A stretch of 64,000 bases of DNA from an uncultured virus (IMG/VR IMGVR_UViG_2049941000_000054) (IMGVR_UViG_2049941000_000054), one strand, 5' to 3'; numbered from the stretch's first letter, positions 22,207-34,918 are shown. The notes: generated by a model not told the origin, from the letters alone. Numbers and translations: made by a program.

Positions 22207-23287
22207 TTCTTTTCCTCCTTGAATAGTTTACATTGGCCATCGTAGCCTTTCGTGGTATCTGCATCTTCGTCGCAAATGAACATATATGGGCCATTGGTAT
22301 AATCAAAGAAGATGTCCGTACAATGCTGGCAGAAAAAACAACTATTCTCTGCTGCCTGCACGGAATAATACTCGCATTTATATTCTTTCATTTCTTTTCC
22401 TCCTTTGCTTTTTTGAATCTCCGTAGGACTTCCTCAAAAAACTCTTGACTTGAATTGAATTTTCTTCCCTTTGACTCTTCAACTTGACACTCCATAGCAT
22501 AGAAATCAAGTAATTGAACATCCTCCCAAGTCAGTGCAAGGTCTTTCTCGGCTTGTTCGTAGCCAGCCACGAAGTCATAGTTGATATTCCAGAACTTGAA
22601 ATCATCATCGGATAATACCGCATCTCCTCCCATTACTCTTGGACCATGTGCTACTAACTGATAGGCTATTGATGCTTTTTCTGCTCTTGTCATTTCTGTT
22701 CCTCCTTAATCGTTATCTTGGGTATATCAACTCCTTCGCATCGCAATGTTGGGCTTCGATAAACATTATCTATTTTCTCATTGACAGTACGGACGTGTAT
22801 CATTTCACGATAAATGGCATAGGTCGCTGCCTGAAAGTATGAATAGGCTTTATTCTGATGTCCTCCACACCAGCTGTAACTTTGGTTGAACGATAGCTCA
22901 GGGAAAGATTGCTCTTTGAGTTTGACAAACAAGTCGCGGTCTATCTTATGCGGCACAATCTGGTCAAGTTCTTCAACTTGCCCTACGGAGATCCGATGCG
23001 CTACCTCTGTGCAAAGAGCGATGAGATCATACTGTTCTTCCGTCAGTTCAAGTGTGTACTTTTTCATTTGTCAATTACTTTAATTCTCATTTCAACTTCG
23101 ATTGCCTTACCCTCTGGGAGTTCAAGCAGCCCTTCGTAGTCAGATGCTTCCCTTGGCATAATTCCAGCAACTCGGTAACTATAATTGTTGTAGTCTTGCC
23201 AGAACACACGACCACACGTCTTCGGTTTCGATGTGAAGAACAGAATCCTGTTCCCTTGCCTAACTACATATCTCTTAAAGGTTGGCA

Positions 23288-23947
23288 TTATCCCTCCGCT
23301 TTTAATGTTGATGTGCCAGAGTTGGTGTTAGGAGTTATAATGACATCAGTATAGCATTGGGGAGACTTGTATGCAACTCCAGGTGGAATAGGATCTGGAT
23401 AGTGATAAGCTACTGACTCATTATACCTTTTCTCGGCGTCCTTGTAGCCATTGGTATATCCTCGGATATAGTCTTCATGGCTTGCTTCTTGGCCCCTTTT
23501 GAATGCCTTGTTCAACTCATCTTTCAGCCAAATGGGTAACTTATCAGGATTACACTCAAAAGTCCTTTCAAGGTCAGCCATCGCTTCTATTGCCGGATTG
23601 CTTTCGTCAGCATAGGAGAGTAGTTCCTTCTTGGCAACGATAAGTAGGGATTTGGCCAACTTCCTTGCTTCTTCATTACTCACGCTCACAGCAAAAGTCA
23701 TTGAACCATCAGACGCAGTATGTGTAAGAATATCTTGAATTATATCCTTGACAGATTGCTCAAACTCCGTCAGCCTTGAGAGTTTTTTCTGGACGAAGGC
23801 TTCTACATCATCAAGATTATCTGATTTGAAAGCTTCTTCCAATGCACCACACTCTATATTTGAGCAGCACATTGTTCCTTCTGGTCTTTCCCTGTCAATC
23901 AACTGCACAAGGGCAGTTGTAAGTGTCTTTGCTAATTCGTGGTTCAT
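23288..23947 (-). CDS. Hypothetical protein
   Basis: 219-aa ORF in the overlapping (-) chain. Confidence 0.6.
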   Translation of the reverse strand: MNHELAKTLTTALVQLIDRERPEGTMCCSNIECGALEEAFKSDNLDDVEAFVQKKLSRLTEFEQSVKDIIQDILTHTASDGSMTFAVSVSNEEARKLAKSLLIVAKKELLSYADESNPAIEAMADLERTFECNPDKLPIWLKDELNKAFKRGQEASHEDYIRGYTNGYKDAEKRYNESVAYHYPDPIPPGVAYKSPQCYTDVIITPNTNSGTSTLKAEG

Positions 23948-24156
23948 AGTGAATTTATTTTATCTATAATTTCTTGCATTACAAGTTTGGTCAATGGATG
24001 GCTGTAACCTTGTAGTATCTCTATCAGAGCATCCCTGCGGATGTATTCCTCGCTCGGAACGCACCTCGCTCTTTGTTCAAACCACATTTTGTGAAATCCG
24101 CTACTTTCCTCGTCACGGATTTTGTGTAAATAAATCTTATCTGGTGCTTTCATACC

Positions 24157-24918
24157 CTATAACTTTTTGAGTTGTACGTAGAGGTCACGGAGTTTATCTT
24201 TGAGTCCACCGTAGAACTGCATTTCTTCAAGATACATGGCAGTATGCAATGCCTCCATCTGTTCCTCGCTGGGTTTCCAAGAAGGACGGAGGAGTTTGAT
24301 GAAGTCTTGGAGTTCAACCGCCTCCTTATCACCAATTATCCGCTTTGATGAACCAAATGGCTTTTCATCTGCTGCCTGACCAAGAATCTCATAAATGCGA
24401 TTAAGTTTTCGTTTGTCCTCCTCGCTCCACTCTGCATCATTTTCGTGACCGCACGAAATTGATACGGGCTTCTGCTCTTTCTGCTTTTCCTTTTCGGCAC
24501 GAATCCTATGCAATTCTTCAAGATTTGCTTGCAGACGCTCTTCGGCGTGAGCAAGTTCCTCTTTTGCGGTAACTATCCAAGGAGTCTTGTCACGAAGTCT
24601 TTTGTGAGACTCTTTCTGCTTTTCAAGCCAAGCAAGACATCTCTTCCAATCCTCAATAGATTCTTCAAGGTCTGGGTCGTGTCCTTTTATGCCATCATAG
24701 ACAGATTGTGCGAGGTCGTTAGTTTCATCCTCTATATTTCTATGCACTTGCCATACAAGCAATTTTCTTATCTTCTCGTCCTCGCTCTCGAATCTTTCTA
24801 ATTCCTTGTCTATTGAGTCAAGGGCTTCACGCACCTTGCCTTTAGAGTATTTTAGACAGGGTTCCAGTACCGCCCTCGCCTCTAATAATGCTTCCTTGTA
24901 TTTTTCTTCCTGTGTCAT
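24157..24918 (-). CDS. Hypothetical protein with WSEED / WKPSEEQM modules
   Basis: ESEDEKIRK, AWLEKQ, WSEED, WKPSEEQMEAL motifs recurrent in Bacteroidales phage early genes. Confidence 0.65.
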   Translation of the reverse strand: MTQEEKYKEALLEARAVLEPCLKYSKGKVREALDSIDKELERFESEDEKIRKLLVWQVHRNIEDETNDLAQSVYDGIKGHDPDLEESIEDWKRCLAWLEKQKESHKRLRDKTPWIVTAKEELAHAEERLQANLEELHRIRAEKEKQKEQKPVSISCGHENDAEWSEEDKRKLNRIYEILGQAADEKPFGSSKRIIGDKEAVELQDFIKLLRPSWKPSEEQMEALHTAMYLEEMQFYGGLKDKLRDLYVQLKKL

Positions 24919-25112
24919 AATATCAGTCCTTTACTTCTTTGGCTTTGAAAGGCTTTTCACGACCTTCCACAAGGTGGATTATCTCTGTATTCTCGTCGCC
25001 GACAGGGAAGAACACGACATCGCCTTTGCTTGCTACGATGTCCACTTCGCACTCGGCATATTTCTCAAATCGCTTGATTAGTGTCTTGTATTTCATAATC
25101 TTTCCTATCAAA

Positions 25113-25133
25113 ACGGGAGGCTATATCTCCCGT
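25113..25133 (-). terminator. Possible intrinsic terminator
   Basis: ACGGGAG/CTCCCGT stem followed by TTT on the minus strand. Confidence 0.4.
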
Positions 25134-25360
25134 AATTGCACGATAAAGTTGACATAAATACTATCCCCATATAGCGAGGTCACTTGTTATTCTGACGGTT
25201 GTAATATCCCTGTAACGCAAGCGCGATGTCCTTGTTAAATCTGTCATCAGCAAACGCCGTGGCTATATTCGTCCTTTCCTCATTGTCAAGCACGATGCTC
25301 ACACGGCCTCTGTGGTTGCGCACGGTCTCGACCGTTATCCTCTGAAAGTTGTCAAGCATA

Positions 25361-25750
25361 TCAAATAAGTTCTTTATACAACAGCTCCGCGAGCACGTCG
25401 ATATTCATCATAATCTGCTCGTGGACATCTATCTTATAATCATTCTCCCGTGCAGGCCAGCCGTGAATAATCATCTCCCATTCACTTCGCGACCAAAACA
25501 TATAGAGGGACTCCTTCTCTATGAATACCTTCATCTCCTCTAATGTCGCCGGCACTCCGAAATGTTTCTTCAGCTCCGGATCCGCGGCNNNNNNNNNNNN
25601 NNNNNNNNNNNNNNNNNNNNNNNTCCGCTTGCTTTTACTTTTTGCCTTTCTCTCGGCAAAACAATCCCGGAAGTAAGGGAGAACGTCATAGTGCTTTAGA
25701 CTATCACTATTGAAGTCCCAGATCAAAACATAATAAAACTTCTTGGCCAT
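25361..25750 (-). CDS. Conserved phage hypothetical protein
   Basis: YDVLPYF...Y.FWSR.EWEMI...W...KIDV.EQI..N. Confidence 0.65.
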   Translation of the reverse strand: MAKKFYYVLIWDFNSDSLKHYDVLPYFRDCFAERKAKSKSKRXXXXXXXXXXXXAADPELKKHFGVPATLEEMKVFIEKESLYMFWSRSEWEMIIHGWPARENDYKIDVHEQIMMNIDVLAELLYKELI

Positions 25751-26044
25751 TATTCCACCCTTTTTGTCAGTTCATAAACATATCCGTCTTTAACGATCAC
25801 ACAGTCGTCTAACTCCGAGAGCCGGACGTTACTGGGTCTGTCTATCTGTTCCAGCCTTGGATATCCAAACACGGACCGGTGGATAACAAAGGCGATACTA
25901 TGATTATTGTGGGATACCTTACAGCAGTTATGTACGATACCCGCGAATGCATCGGCAGACTCTCTCTTCAGAAATTTCGTCTTGCCGCTTCCTAAGATTG
26001 TTCTAAAAAATTCTTTTGTACCCATATTGTGATTTGTATGTTAG

Positions 26045-26132
26045 TTCCCTCCCCGGGAGTCGAACCCGTATAGAGCATTGGCAATTTCAGCGAAAAAGAC
26101 TTGATGACGCTGCCCGTGCAGCACAGGAGGGA
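26045..26132 (-). ncRNA. tRNA-like element lacking a canonical anticodon arm
   Basis: Acceptor stem TCCCTCC/GGAGGGA plus A, T-arm CGGG-TTCGACT-CCCG, D-like hairpin GCTGC-ACGG-GCAGC; intergenic. Confidence 0.5.
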
Positions 26133-26417
26133 ATAGGCGCATCACTGCGGCTAGATTTCTATTTTCCAAGGATCGAAGTCAGTTTCCTCGCCATCTTCGT
26201 GCGAAAATCCATCGACCACCCAGTCAGTGACTACTGGCTGCAGATAAGATTCCCTCGCACCGAGATGCTCGACCCCANNNNNNNNNNGTAAACCTTCTCG
26301 TACTCGACCGTGGACTTCACGTCTGCCCAGAACGGCCCGTACTCCCAAACTCCATTATGACCTTCCTTAATGTATTCCCCAAGGTTTCTGTAAACCTCAT
26401 CTGTAACATGTACCATA

Positions 26418-27188
26418 TTAATTTTGCCTCCTTATTTCCTGAATCCATTTCGATAGGGTGCAAGCATTCATCTTGCATCCTTCCCTTGTCGAGAATCCCG
26501 CGAGTCCCATCTCGTGGAACTCATTGAACTCCCGTAAAATATCTTTCTGTAGCCTTCCCTTTTGGACTTGCTTCTTTATCCAGCGATATCCGTCACTGGA
26601 TTCCCGCCAAGCCCTCGCCTCGTCGGCTTTGTTCCGGGCTTGCACGGCTGCGGCCGCGGATACGTCGACACCCTTTTCGTTGCCGAGATGCTTACGCCAA
26701 TGACCGGACTTAGAGAAGAACCCTCCATTCTTTTCGATCTGCTTCTTACGCTCGGCAAGGGCAAGCTGAGTCTTAACCCTAATCATAATTGCCTGGCGTT
26801 CTGCAACCGCGAAGAGAACAGTAAGAACGAACCTATCCGCCGTAGGCACATCGCATATTACAACATTGCTTTCCCCTACGGCGTCAAGAATCTCGAGAGC
26901 TTCCTGTACATTTCTCAGACGGTCAAAGGCTGGGATGCAGAGCAAAAGATTATTCTGCTTACACATCTCTATGGCTTCCCAGAGTCCCTTGCATTGCCTC
27001 AGTTTTGTGCCCGAGAAGACGTCGGTGAAGATTGCTACTGGATCCTTGCCCATAAACATCTTCGCGATAGCCTCTTGAGCTTCCAATCCCAATCCGCTTT
27101 TCCCTTGCTTCCCGGTAGATACCCTTTTCCATAGGACATATTCTCGCCCTTTGTGGAGAGGTGCTATATCAATTTTCTTCTTCGACAT
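26418..27188 (-). CDS. Serine recombinase (resolvase/invertase family)
   Basis: RVST catalytic motif, QGKSGLGLEAQ, D..SG, DRL.R, A..E...I..KT..AL. Confidence 0.9.
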   Translation of the reverse strand: MSKKKIDIAPLHKGREYVLWKRVSTGKQGKSGLGLEAQEAIAKMFMGKDPVAIFTDVFSGTKLRQCKGLWEAIEMCKQNNLLLCIPAFDRLRNVQEALEILDAVGESNVVICDVPTADRFVLTVLFAVAERQAIMIRVKTQLALAERKKQIEKNGGFFSKSGHWRKHLGNEKGVDVSAAAAVQARNKADEARAWRESSDGYRWIKKQVQKGRLQKDILREFNEFHEMGLAGFSTREGCKMNACTLSKWIQEIRRQN

Positions 27189-28418
27189 AATCTGATAAGC
27201 CAGATACTATCTATCGCCTTGCGAGCATATCATCCAGATATGCTATGCACATAATAATAAAGAACATAAATTTATCGTTTTTCGTTAAACGCCTCGGGGA
27301 TGAACGCCAAGGCGCAGATGATGTAAATTAACAGAAACATGATATGAATGCTTTAATGTTGTTGTAAGTGCGTACCCAGTCCGCCTGGGACTGGCTCTCA
27401 TAGAATCCGAAGGGCAGATAGTCTCCATCCGTATCATCTCCGCGCAGGAAGATGTGTCCAGTAATCCCCAGTTCATCCGGCTCATCGCCCGCGTCCGGAT
27501 CGGCTTTCCAGTAGCGCGCATTGATTTCAAAAGCATGTACGCCATTGACCATTGCCTCCGCCTGAAGTGCGGTGAGATTGCTAAGCATCTCCAAAGTTCT
27601 TTCCTTTTCCATAACGATTAATTTACTTGCAAGAAATATGCCACTACTTAAGGCGAGTGACGGAGCCTACCGAAGTTCGGTCATCCCGAATCTTAAACGG
27701 AATGGTCTCGCCGATCTTCAGCTTCATTATACTGTCGGTGATTTCCCNNNNNNNNNNAGTAGTACCACTCATACTCAGTACCGTGGTCCATATCCTCATG
27801 GCGTTTCGGAAACTCCAGGACTCCCGAGATAGGCACCCCCGCTTCCGTGACGCAGAAGCCGAGGGTAATGCGAGGAATGCGGCCATCAAGCCACTCCTCG
27901 AAGTCTGTATCGAGGTTCTGCTCATAGCGTTTCTTGCACCAGTCGATGTATTCGATGATATCCTTCGAGGTGTAGCCCTCATCGTAAAGCATGTAGTACA
28001 CGGCATCGGCCTCGTGGATAGAGAAGAGGTGTTTGAGCGTCATGTTAAGTTTGTAGTCGTCGAGTTGCATGTTAGTTAAAAGATATAGTTATACGTTAAA
28101 GTGATTTACTTATACGGGAGAGCCGTTTCTTTGCGTTCGCCAAATTGAGTGCTTGAATGTACACGCAATCCGGCTCTTTTGTCACGGTGGTCTTGAAGAC
28201 GGGTTTCCCGTCAATTCCGATCTGTACCTCTCTGCGAAGTGGTGCTTGTTTCCATTCTCCCGTTTTAGTGTTATAGGAGAAAAGGATGTGTCCACGCGTC
28301 TTCTTCTCGCTTCCTACGAAATGGTATTCCGTAGGTGCTTGCCGTTCCTCTTGTTGCTTGTTCGGCTTAACAGGCGAAGGTATGTCAGGGACTATCTTCA
28401 TAAGTCAGCGAATTATGG

Positions 28419-28799
28419 CTATTTCTTCTGTGATTTAACTATCGTTACTTTCTTGCCTGCCTCAGCAAGGATCTTGACCGCCTTCCATATGTCTGCATCC
28501 ATCTGGTCTGCGAAGAAGTGGAAGTCATCGGCGCCGTGATAGCAGTCATCCTTCATCGCACGCTTGAGATGACCAGTGTCACACCAGAACCCGATGAGCT
28601 GCACCCTCTTGTCGCCTTTCTTTACTTTCGTGCCGAAATCATCGTAGTCTTCCTTAGCCTTGTAGAAGTACATGTCCGCCCACAGGTCAACGTTGGCGTG
28701 ACACATCCAGTTCTTAAATTTCCTTTCCGGCTCATCCGGCCATTTCTCGGTCTTCGTGTAGTAACCGATGCGATTTTTGTAACTTACTCTGAGTGCCAT
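28419..28799 (-). CDS. Hypothetical early protein
   Basis: 126-aa ORF in the (-) early block. Confidence 0.6.
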   Translation of the reverse strand: MALRVSYKNRIGYYTKTEKWPDEPERKFKNWMCHANVDLWADMYFYKAKEDYDDFGTKVKKGDKRVQLIGFWCDTGHLKRAMKDDCYHGADDFHFFADQMDADIWKAVKILAEAGKKVTIVKSQKK

Positions 28800-29398
28800 A
28801 ATTAATCCTCCGTAAGATTATCCATAATGTCATCCGGTCCGTAAGCACCACCTCTGAACGCCCCGGCTTCGTCCAGATCGAGTAAGAATTCATAGAGCCG
28901 ATCCTTGAATATTTCATATGGGAGATCTGGCTCTGCATAGTCTTCGTAGATGTCTCTAAAGGTCTTCATTAGTAGTCCCACGCCTCCTTTGCGCCACTTG
29001 TGAGTTGAAAATAGATGTTAACATAACGGTCGCGTTCCGCACCTTCCGAATGCATAATGCAATCAAGGTATTTTTGAATTGCAAGACCGCGCTCCATTAC
29101 TTCCTGCTGATTGTAACAGGTCACGACCACGAGGTCAACCTTTCTTCTTCGTGCCATATCAGTATCCTAGATTAAGAAATTTAAATGTCAGTTCGTCAAT
29201 GAGCGGTGCGGCCTCGTGCATCAACGCTATGCACTTCTCGCGAGAATCCTCATCAAAGACGTCGCCATCCTCGCACCAACCCTCAAAACATTCCACGCCA
29301 TTGTCTTCAATGACGTTGTTGTATAGCATATTAATGTAATGCTGAGTGACTGCGATCACGACAGCCTTCTCCTCTTCGGGCAGTTCTCTGAACATATC

Positions 29399-29704
29399 CT
29401 ATCCCTCCACAAGTCCGATGAACGATGTCAGAGTGAACGACCTCCAAGCCTTCTTCTCGAGATCCCAGTAGCCAAGCGTGGTCGGGCACTCCGGCTTTCC
29501 GCTAGTCTTGAACTCATACTGCTGCCCATCCTCCTGGACCATCATCTCAAGGTTGCGAGTTCCGACCGCATCCCTAATCGTGCCGTCCTTCTTCTTGAAC
29601 TGGAACTTAACTGCCTGCTCAACCATCTTCTCCTGAAGGAGCATAATCTCATCGGCCTTGAATCCCTCAATGCCAAGGTTAATCAAATCTTCTCTTGTCT
29701 TCAT
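29399..29704 (-). CDS. WYL-like SH3 domain protein (DUF2693-like)
   Basis: VKFQFKKKDGTIRDAVGT...YWDLEKKAWRSF. Confidence 0.75.
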   Translation of the reverse strand: MKTREDLINLGIEGFKADEIMLLQEKMVEQAVKFQFKKKDGTIRDAVGTRNLEMMVQEDGQQYEFKTSGKPECPTTLGYWDLEKKAWRSFTLTSFIGLVEG

Positions 29705-30528
29705 AACTCAATTACTTTTAGTGTTGTTTTGTATGTACTGAATGTTCTTAAATCTTTGTTAAATACGAGGATAGTACCATCCTCATTAATCCTGCTGACT
29801 CGGTATAAGTAACGCGTGCCAGCATCGTCGTGCTGCCAAGGAATCAAGAAGGAAGAACCCTTCTTGAGCGAGCCGAGAGTTTTCATTTCTTATACTTATT
29901 GATGAACTCCTCAATAGTGTTATACTCCTTTTCTAACCTCTCGCGGTTCGCGTCCGGAGTCTGGAAGTCATAGTAGCTGAATGTGCATGAGCAATATCCC
30001 ACGAACTCATTATCCTCGGTCATCTCCTCGGTCGAAACGAACACGGACAACCACGGTCTATTCTTCACGTCGGAATACCTTGAATGGATATTCATATTGA
30101 CATTAGTCTCCAGTGTAGCGAGCTGCAACGCTTGCAGCCTAATCAAATACTCTTTAATCATTTTTTAGCCCTCCAAAAATTTAATTTGTTCCTCAAGTTC
30201 TGCTATTCTCTCCAAGAGTTTCTCCGGAGTATCAAAAGCCCGCCATCCNNNNNNNNNNTTCCGTTCCCCACCGTTTTGCCTGCTGGACTGCGGTAACAGA
30301 TACTCCCAGTAACTTCGCTGCCGCATACTCCGATGCAACAGTCTTTTTTACCTTGCCCTTAACAAGGATCGTCTCTCTTTGTGCTCTTGCCATTTTTGAT
30401 TCTGTCTATATATTTTTTCCACTGGGCGGCCGTATCGAAGGTCAGCACTTCTTTGCCGATGACGGAGCGGTAGCCGCCTGCTGCCCGCTCCATCAACTGA
30501 TAACCCTCATAACTTAGAAGATAACCCA

Positions 30529-30762
30529 TCATGACTCGTACACCTCCGTGATATTGTCATTGGCATCCTCGATACTGGAGTGAGCATCCTCCATCGTAGA
30601 GATAAACTCTTCCATCTGCTCTCCCCTCTCTCCGTACTGGATGCTCTCGGGGAGATTGTCATACGCATCCTGCTCTTCGTCAATCACCTCCTGGAGGCGA
30701 TCCATCAAGGCGACCAACTCATCGCTGATCGCTTCAAGCTCTTTCCTTCTTGCTTTGTTCAT
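30529..30762 (-). CDS. Widespread small acidic phage protein
   Basis: MNKARRKEL...EEQDAYDNLPESIQYGERGEQMEE. Confidence 0.7.
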   Translation of the reverse strand: MNKARRKELEAISDELVALMDRLQEVIDEEQDAYDNLPESIQYGERGEQMEEFISTMEDAHSSIEDANDNITEVYES

Positions 30763-31335
30763 TGCTAAATGTATTTAAGATTAAACCACTGGCGAGGCAG
30801 AACATAAGAAAGTTCGTAGGCTCGCCCCAATAGATTCCCAGCGCCACAAACGAGGCTGCTAGGATAAGTTTCAATGTCTTCATCGCCAAACTTCCTTTTC
30901 GACCATAACATTCCACTTGAACTCCACCTCCGCAATCTGCTCGCGGATGCATCGCTTGGCAAACTCTATCGCAGAATCCTTGTTGGTTCTCCTGCCGACC
31001 TCCGAGAACCACTCGCCCGAGTAAATCTTGTAACCTCCTTTGAAGCGGTCAACCTCGGCGTACTTCCTACCGCTCTGCTTGTCCTTGAAGAGCCAGTACT
31101 TCCCGTACGGGTTCTTGCATTCAGTGATTGTGATTGTTGTCATATCAATCAGTGTGCTTTTATAACTTGTCCACGAGTTCAATATTCGCCGAACCATGCT
31201 CGGCCTCATAGAATCCTTGCTCAGCGTATTCTCCGAGATCTTCTACAGCATTCTCATACCGTGTTGCAATCTCTCTCAGCGTGTCCGCAACGAATCCCTC
31301 GTCGCAGTTGATAACGACCCTAACTTCTTTCATAA

Positions 31336-32023
31336 TCAGTGTGCTTCAAATAAGATTGTTTCACCATTCTTTGCGCCCCAACAACCAGTCCACGCTTCGG
31401 CGCACTCTTCGCATGAACCAGGACACATAAACTGCTTGTCCGTGCAGTGCGGGCCCTTCGTCCCGTCCGGCCACAAAGGACTACTCACCGGCAGGTTGTA
31501 CGGATTCTCGAACTCCGCACCACGCCAGTCCGAGAAGATGATGTGCAGATTCTTAGGCAGAGGACCGTGCTCAGCAATCCACTTATTGAAAAGACCATAC
31601 CTTTTCGTAAAAGCGAGTGATTCACACTGCGGGTTTTCTTCAGCCGCCTCGACCATACCTCGAAGATAGTTCTCGTCCTTCACATCACCGCCCACGTGCC
31701 ACCTGAAGAAGCGTAGGTATCGCATCGCTTTCTTAATCTCGGACATATACCGCTCTGGGTCCATCTGCCAGATCGCGCTATTGTTTGCCCTGCTCTTCTG
31801 CACCGTCTTCTGGAAGCAGACGTTCCGAATATCGTAGCATCCCTTCGCGCATACCTTGCAGTTTCCGCAGTCGGCCACTGGGATTAGCGATACGCTCGGG
31901 ACAAGTGCCCCGGTCTTGCGATTGCCGTAACTCAGCTTTACGTGAGACTCCTCCACGTTTACCTCGTCCCTAAAAGCCAGCATCTGCTGGACTCTGTGCT
32001 TGATTGCTCCGAGCGAAAACTCG
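31336..32023 (-). CDS. Gene-88 (GP88)-like Cys-rich protein (5' end in gap)
   Basis: GNRKTG..SL.P...C...C.KGCY, FFRWHVGGD, PKNL.I.FS, CPG.C..C....GCW. Confidence 0.75.
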
Positions 32024-34648
32024 NNNNNNNNNNNNNNNNNNNNNNNNNNNNNNNNNNNNNNNNNNNNNNNNNNNNNNNNNNNNNNNNNNNNNNNNNNNNN
32101 NNNNNNNNNNNNNNNNNNNNNNNNNNNNNNNNNNNNNNNNNNNNTCAATTTCTTCTATAAATCCTACGCCGTGCTCGACTTCAATCCAGTCGGCCACGCC
32201 CATTTCGTGTTCATACTCCGAGGCGATTCGCATCAGAGTTTCTGCGATATACTCTCGCTCGCAGTTGACGACTATCCTAATGTCCTTCATCGTACAAAAT
32301 TTATTATCGTTTCTAAATCGCCATCGTCTGCAATGTGCATCAGATAGTTGTATGCATAGTCGTCCCAATTGCTAGATAACTCGGCATATACACAATCCGT
32401 ATCCGTTCCCTCGGACCATCCAAAGGCATCCGAATTGATTATTTCAAGCAAATCTCTATCATATAGAGCACACAGAATCGCTCGGAACTTGTACGATGCC
32501 CTTGACCAAGCTGTGTTTATCTTTTCTACTAAATTCTTGTCGTGACTGTTGGATGTGTCCATAATGCCATAGTAGCGTACCACTTTCTTCACTATTTCTT
32601 CCGGAATGTGTAACGTCTTGACCCAAAAGCCTCCGTCTAGTTCCTCATCGTTGTAGTCCTCTTCGAAGTCATCCGCATTTCTGATGTATTGGTCGAGGTC
32701 GCCCCTATCCCCATAGNNNNNNNNNNCCTCCTATATACACAAGATGTTCATCAAATAGTCCGGCTCGATGCCGAGATAATCTACTATCGCGTCAAACGGA
32801 TCGCTGATACTGCCGTCCAACACTGACTCGCGGAAGCTTTCAATCTCTCTGCGCGCTTCCTTCTCGCTGAGGTCGCAATTCCGAGCGACCAAGTCTACTA
32901 CGTTACTCATACCCATTCAACTATTATTGGTTCATACCCAGGCGTGCAGATTAACCGCTTGCCAAAATAACATTTGTCGTAATACGGCCTGTCCTTCCAG
33001 AACACGCCCCACAAGTACTTGCACTTATGGTCCACATATAACCCGATATATGGACCCGTGTCGTGCGCATAAAACTTACACTTCATTATTCATACGTTAT
33101 ATATTGCACATCCGTCATGTAATAGATATCGTCCAGCCTGAGGTCTTTTTCATCCTCAAGCCAACGCTCAACCTCTTCCGTAGTGTCCATCTCGGGTGCC
33201 TCATATATTGCAGCCTCCGAGATAGCATAATTCAATACTGCTATTTTCATATTAAAAGTCCTCCTCGACAAATTCAACTCCGTTATACGCTTCAAAAATC
33301 NNNNNNNNNNCCGGGACGATTGCATCCGCGTTCTCAAGGTCCCCATAAGAAGGGGCGTTATATTCCGCGCCTGTCACTTCGGCATACTTCCCCTCGTCGG
33401 CAAGTGCGCATAGATATGCCTGCTTGAGCTCCAACAACTGGTCGCTCCTCAAGTCTGTTACTGTCATACTCTGTTACTTTTATTTCCTGTAGGGTTCTTT
33501 CAATCCCCCATCTTGTTAGCATTCCCATATTATTCCTTCGTCTCCTTCGATAATATCCTCGTAGTCCCAGTCCTCATTGTTGACCTCATTGTCGTCACAC
33601 CACTCGTCGATGGCATCCGAAATCGCATCAAACAACTCCGAATCCGCGAACCTCAAGGAGCAGCGCATCCGCTCCATCTTGTTCAATGCCAGCTGGAGCC
33701 TCTCCTCGAAAAACTCCACGTTGTTCCGCACATAGGCGGCAAGTTCTTTCGTTTTCATTACGCAACCCTTATTACAATTACTCCAAAAAAGTCAAAGTCA
33801 TCCAACATCCCGCCAACATTCATCCCATCAATCCGCTCAATAGCCTCCACATCAAATCCCAAATCAGAAAGGTCATCAATGCCGACAGTTACAACGCTCC
33901 AGCGATTGTCGTTGTTATAATCCGTAGTGTTAATCACTGCGAATACTCTTGTATCTCCTTTCATAAACTCTTAATGATTAAATCGTGAATTTTCTCGCCA
34001 TACACTGGCTGTAAGAATTCAATGTTCAGCAGAAAACTCTTCTGCAGTTCCCCCTTCATTCGGTTGAACAACTCAATTACTTGGTCGTGATGCCCGTTCT
34101 CGTACGACTGAACTATATATCCGTAGTACTCCCTCGGGCAGTCAAAGTCGTACTCCTTTACCAAGCGGTCGATGTCCNNNNNNNNNNGTTCCTCGCTGGC
34201 CGTGATTAATCCTCGCTCTCATATTCTTCCTCTTCAATGATTTCACGATAGTCGCGCAACGCATCTCGCAGGCCGGACGGGAAAATGATTGTACCGGCGA
34301 AACCAACGACCTTCATACCTGTAGCAAGCCATTTAGGATAATCGCCCACATAAGCCTCATTGAACCCCGTGCAAACGAAACCGATGCTCACGACAGTGAG
34401 TCCGACAAAAAGGATGACGCCTATGATGACGTCGATTTTAAAATACTTTTTCATAATGCTTGTTTTAATAGACATAGTAGTGAGTTACATAATATGGATA
34501 TCTATCCAACTCCTTTTGAGGAATTGTCTTTCCGAATAAAGTCCGATTGCGGAGTCTCCAAATATGCTCGTAAACTCCACAATCGATCCTTCTTGGCTCT
34601 TCAATAACATCTAGGTGCCCCTCGTTGATTAACCGGAAGAACTCCTCT

Positions 34649-34918
34649 TTACTGACCTCTGTCATCGTCTTCGTCCTCCTCCTCTTCGTATAAGTCAATC
34701 TCGAACTCGTTGGCCAATTCAATGACCGAGTATTCATAAAACATCTCTTCTACCTCGTCCAAATCGTCAGAGTAGTCCTCAATCTTGTTCAGAGCCTCCT
34801 CCCAATCGAGGGCACGGCTAGCCAACTCCTGCAGAGTATTCTCGCTCTGCTCTCTGAAGAAAAAACGTCGTACGGACGGATTCGCCCATACCTGACTAAA
34901 TGTGATTTCTGCTTTCAT
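34649..34918 (-). CDS. Small highly acidic protein
   Basis: 89 aa with Asp/Glu-rich C-terminus (YEEEEDEDDD). Confidence 0.6.
   Translation of the reverse strand: MKAEITFSQVWANPSVRRFFFREQSENTLQELASRALDWEEALNKIEDYSDDLDEVEEMFYEYSVIELANEFEIDLYEEEEDEDDDRGQ

Noticed and set aside
30464..30491. GGAGCGG/CCGCTCC hairpin
   Set aside because: Lies inside a small (-) ORF with no U-tract or second copy; no support for function
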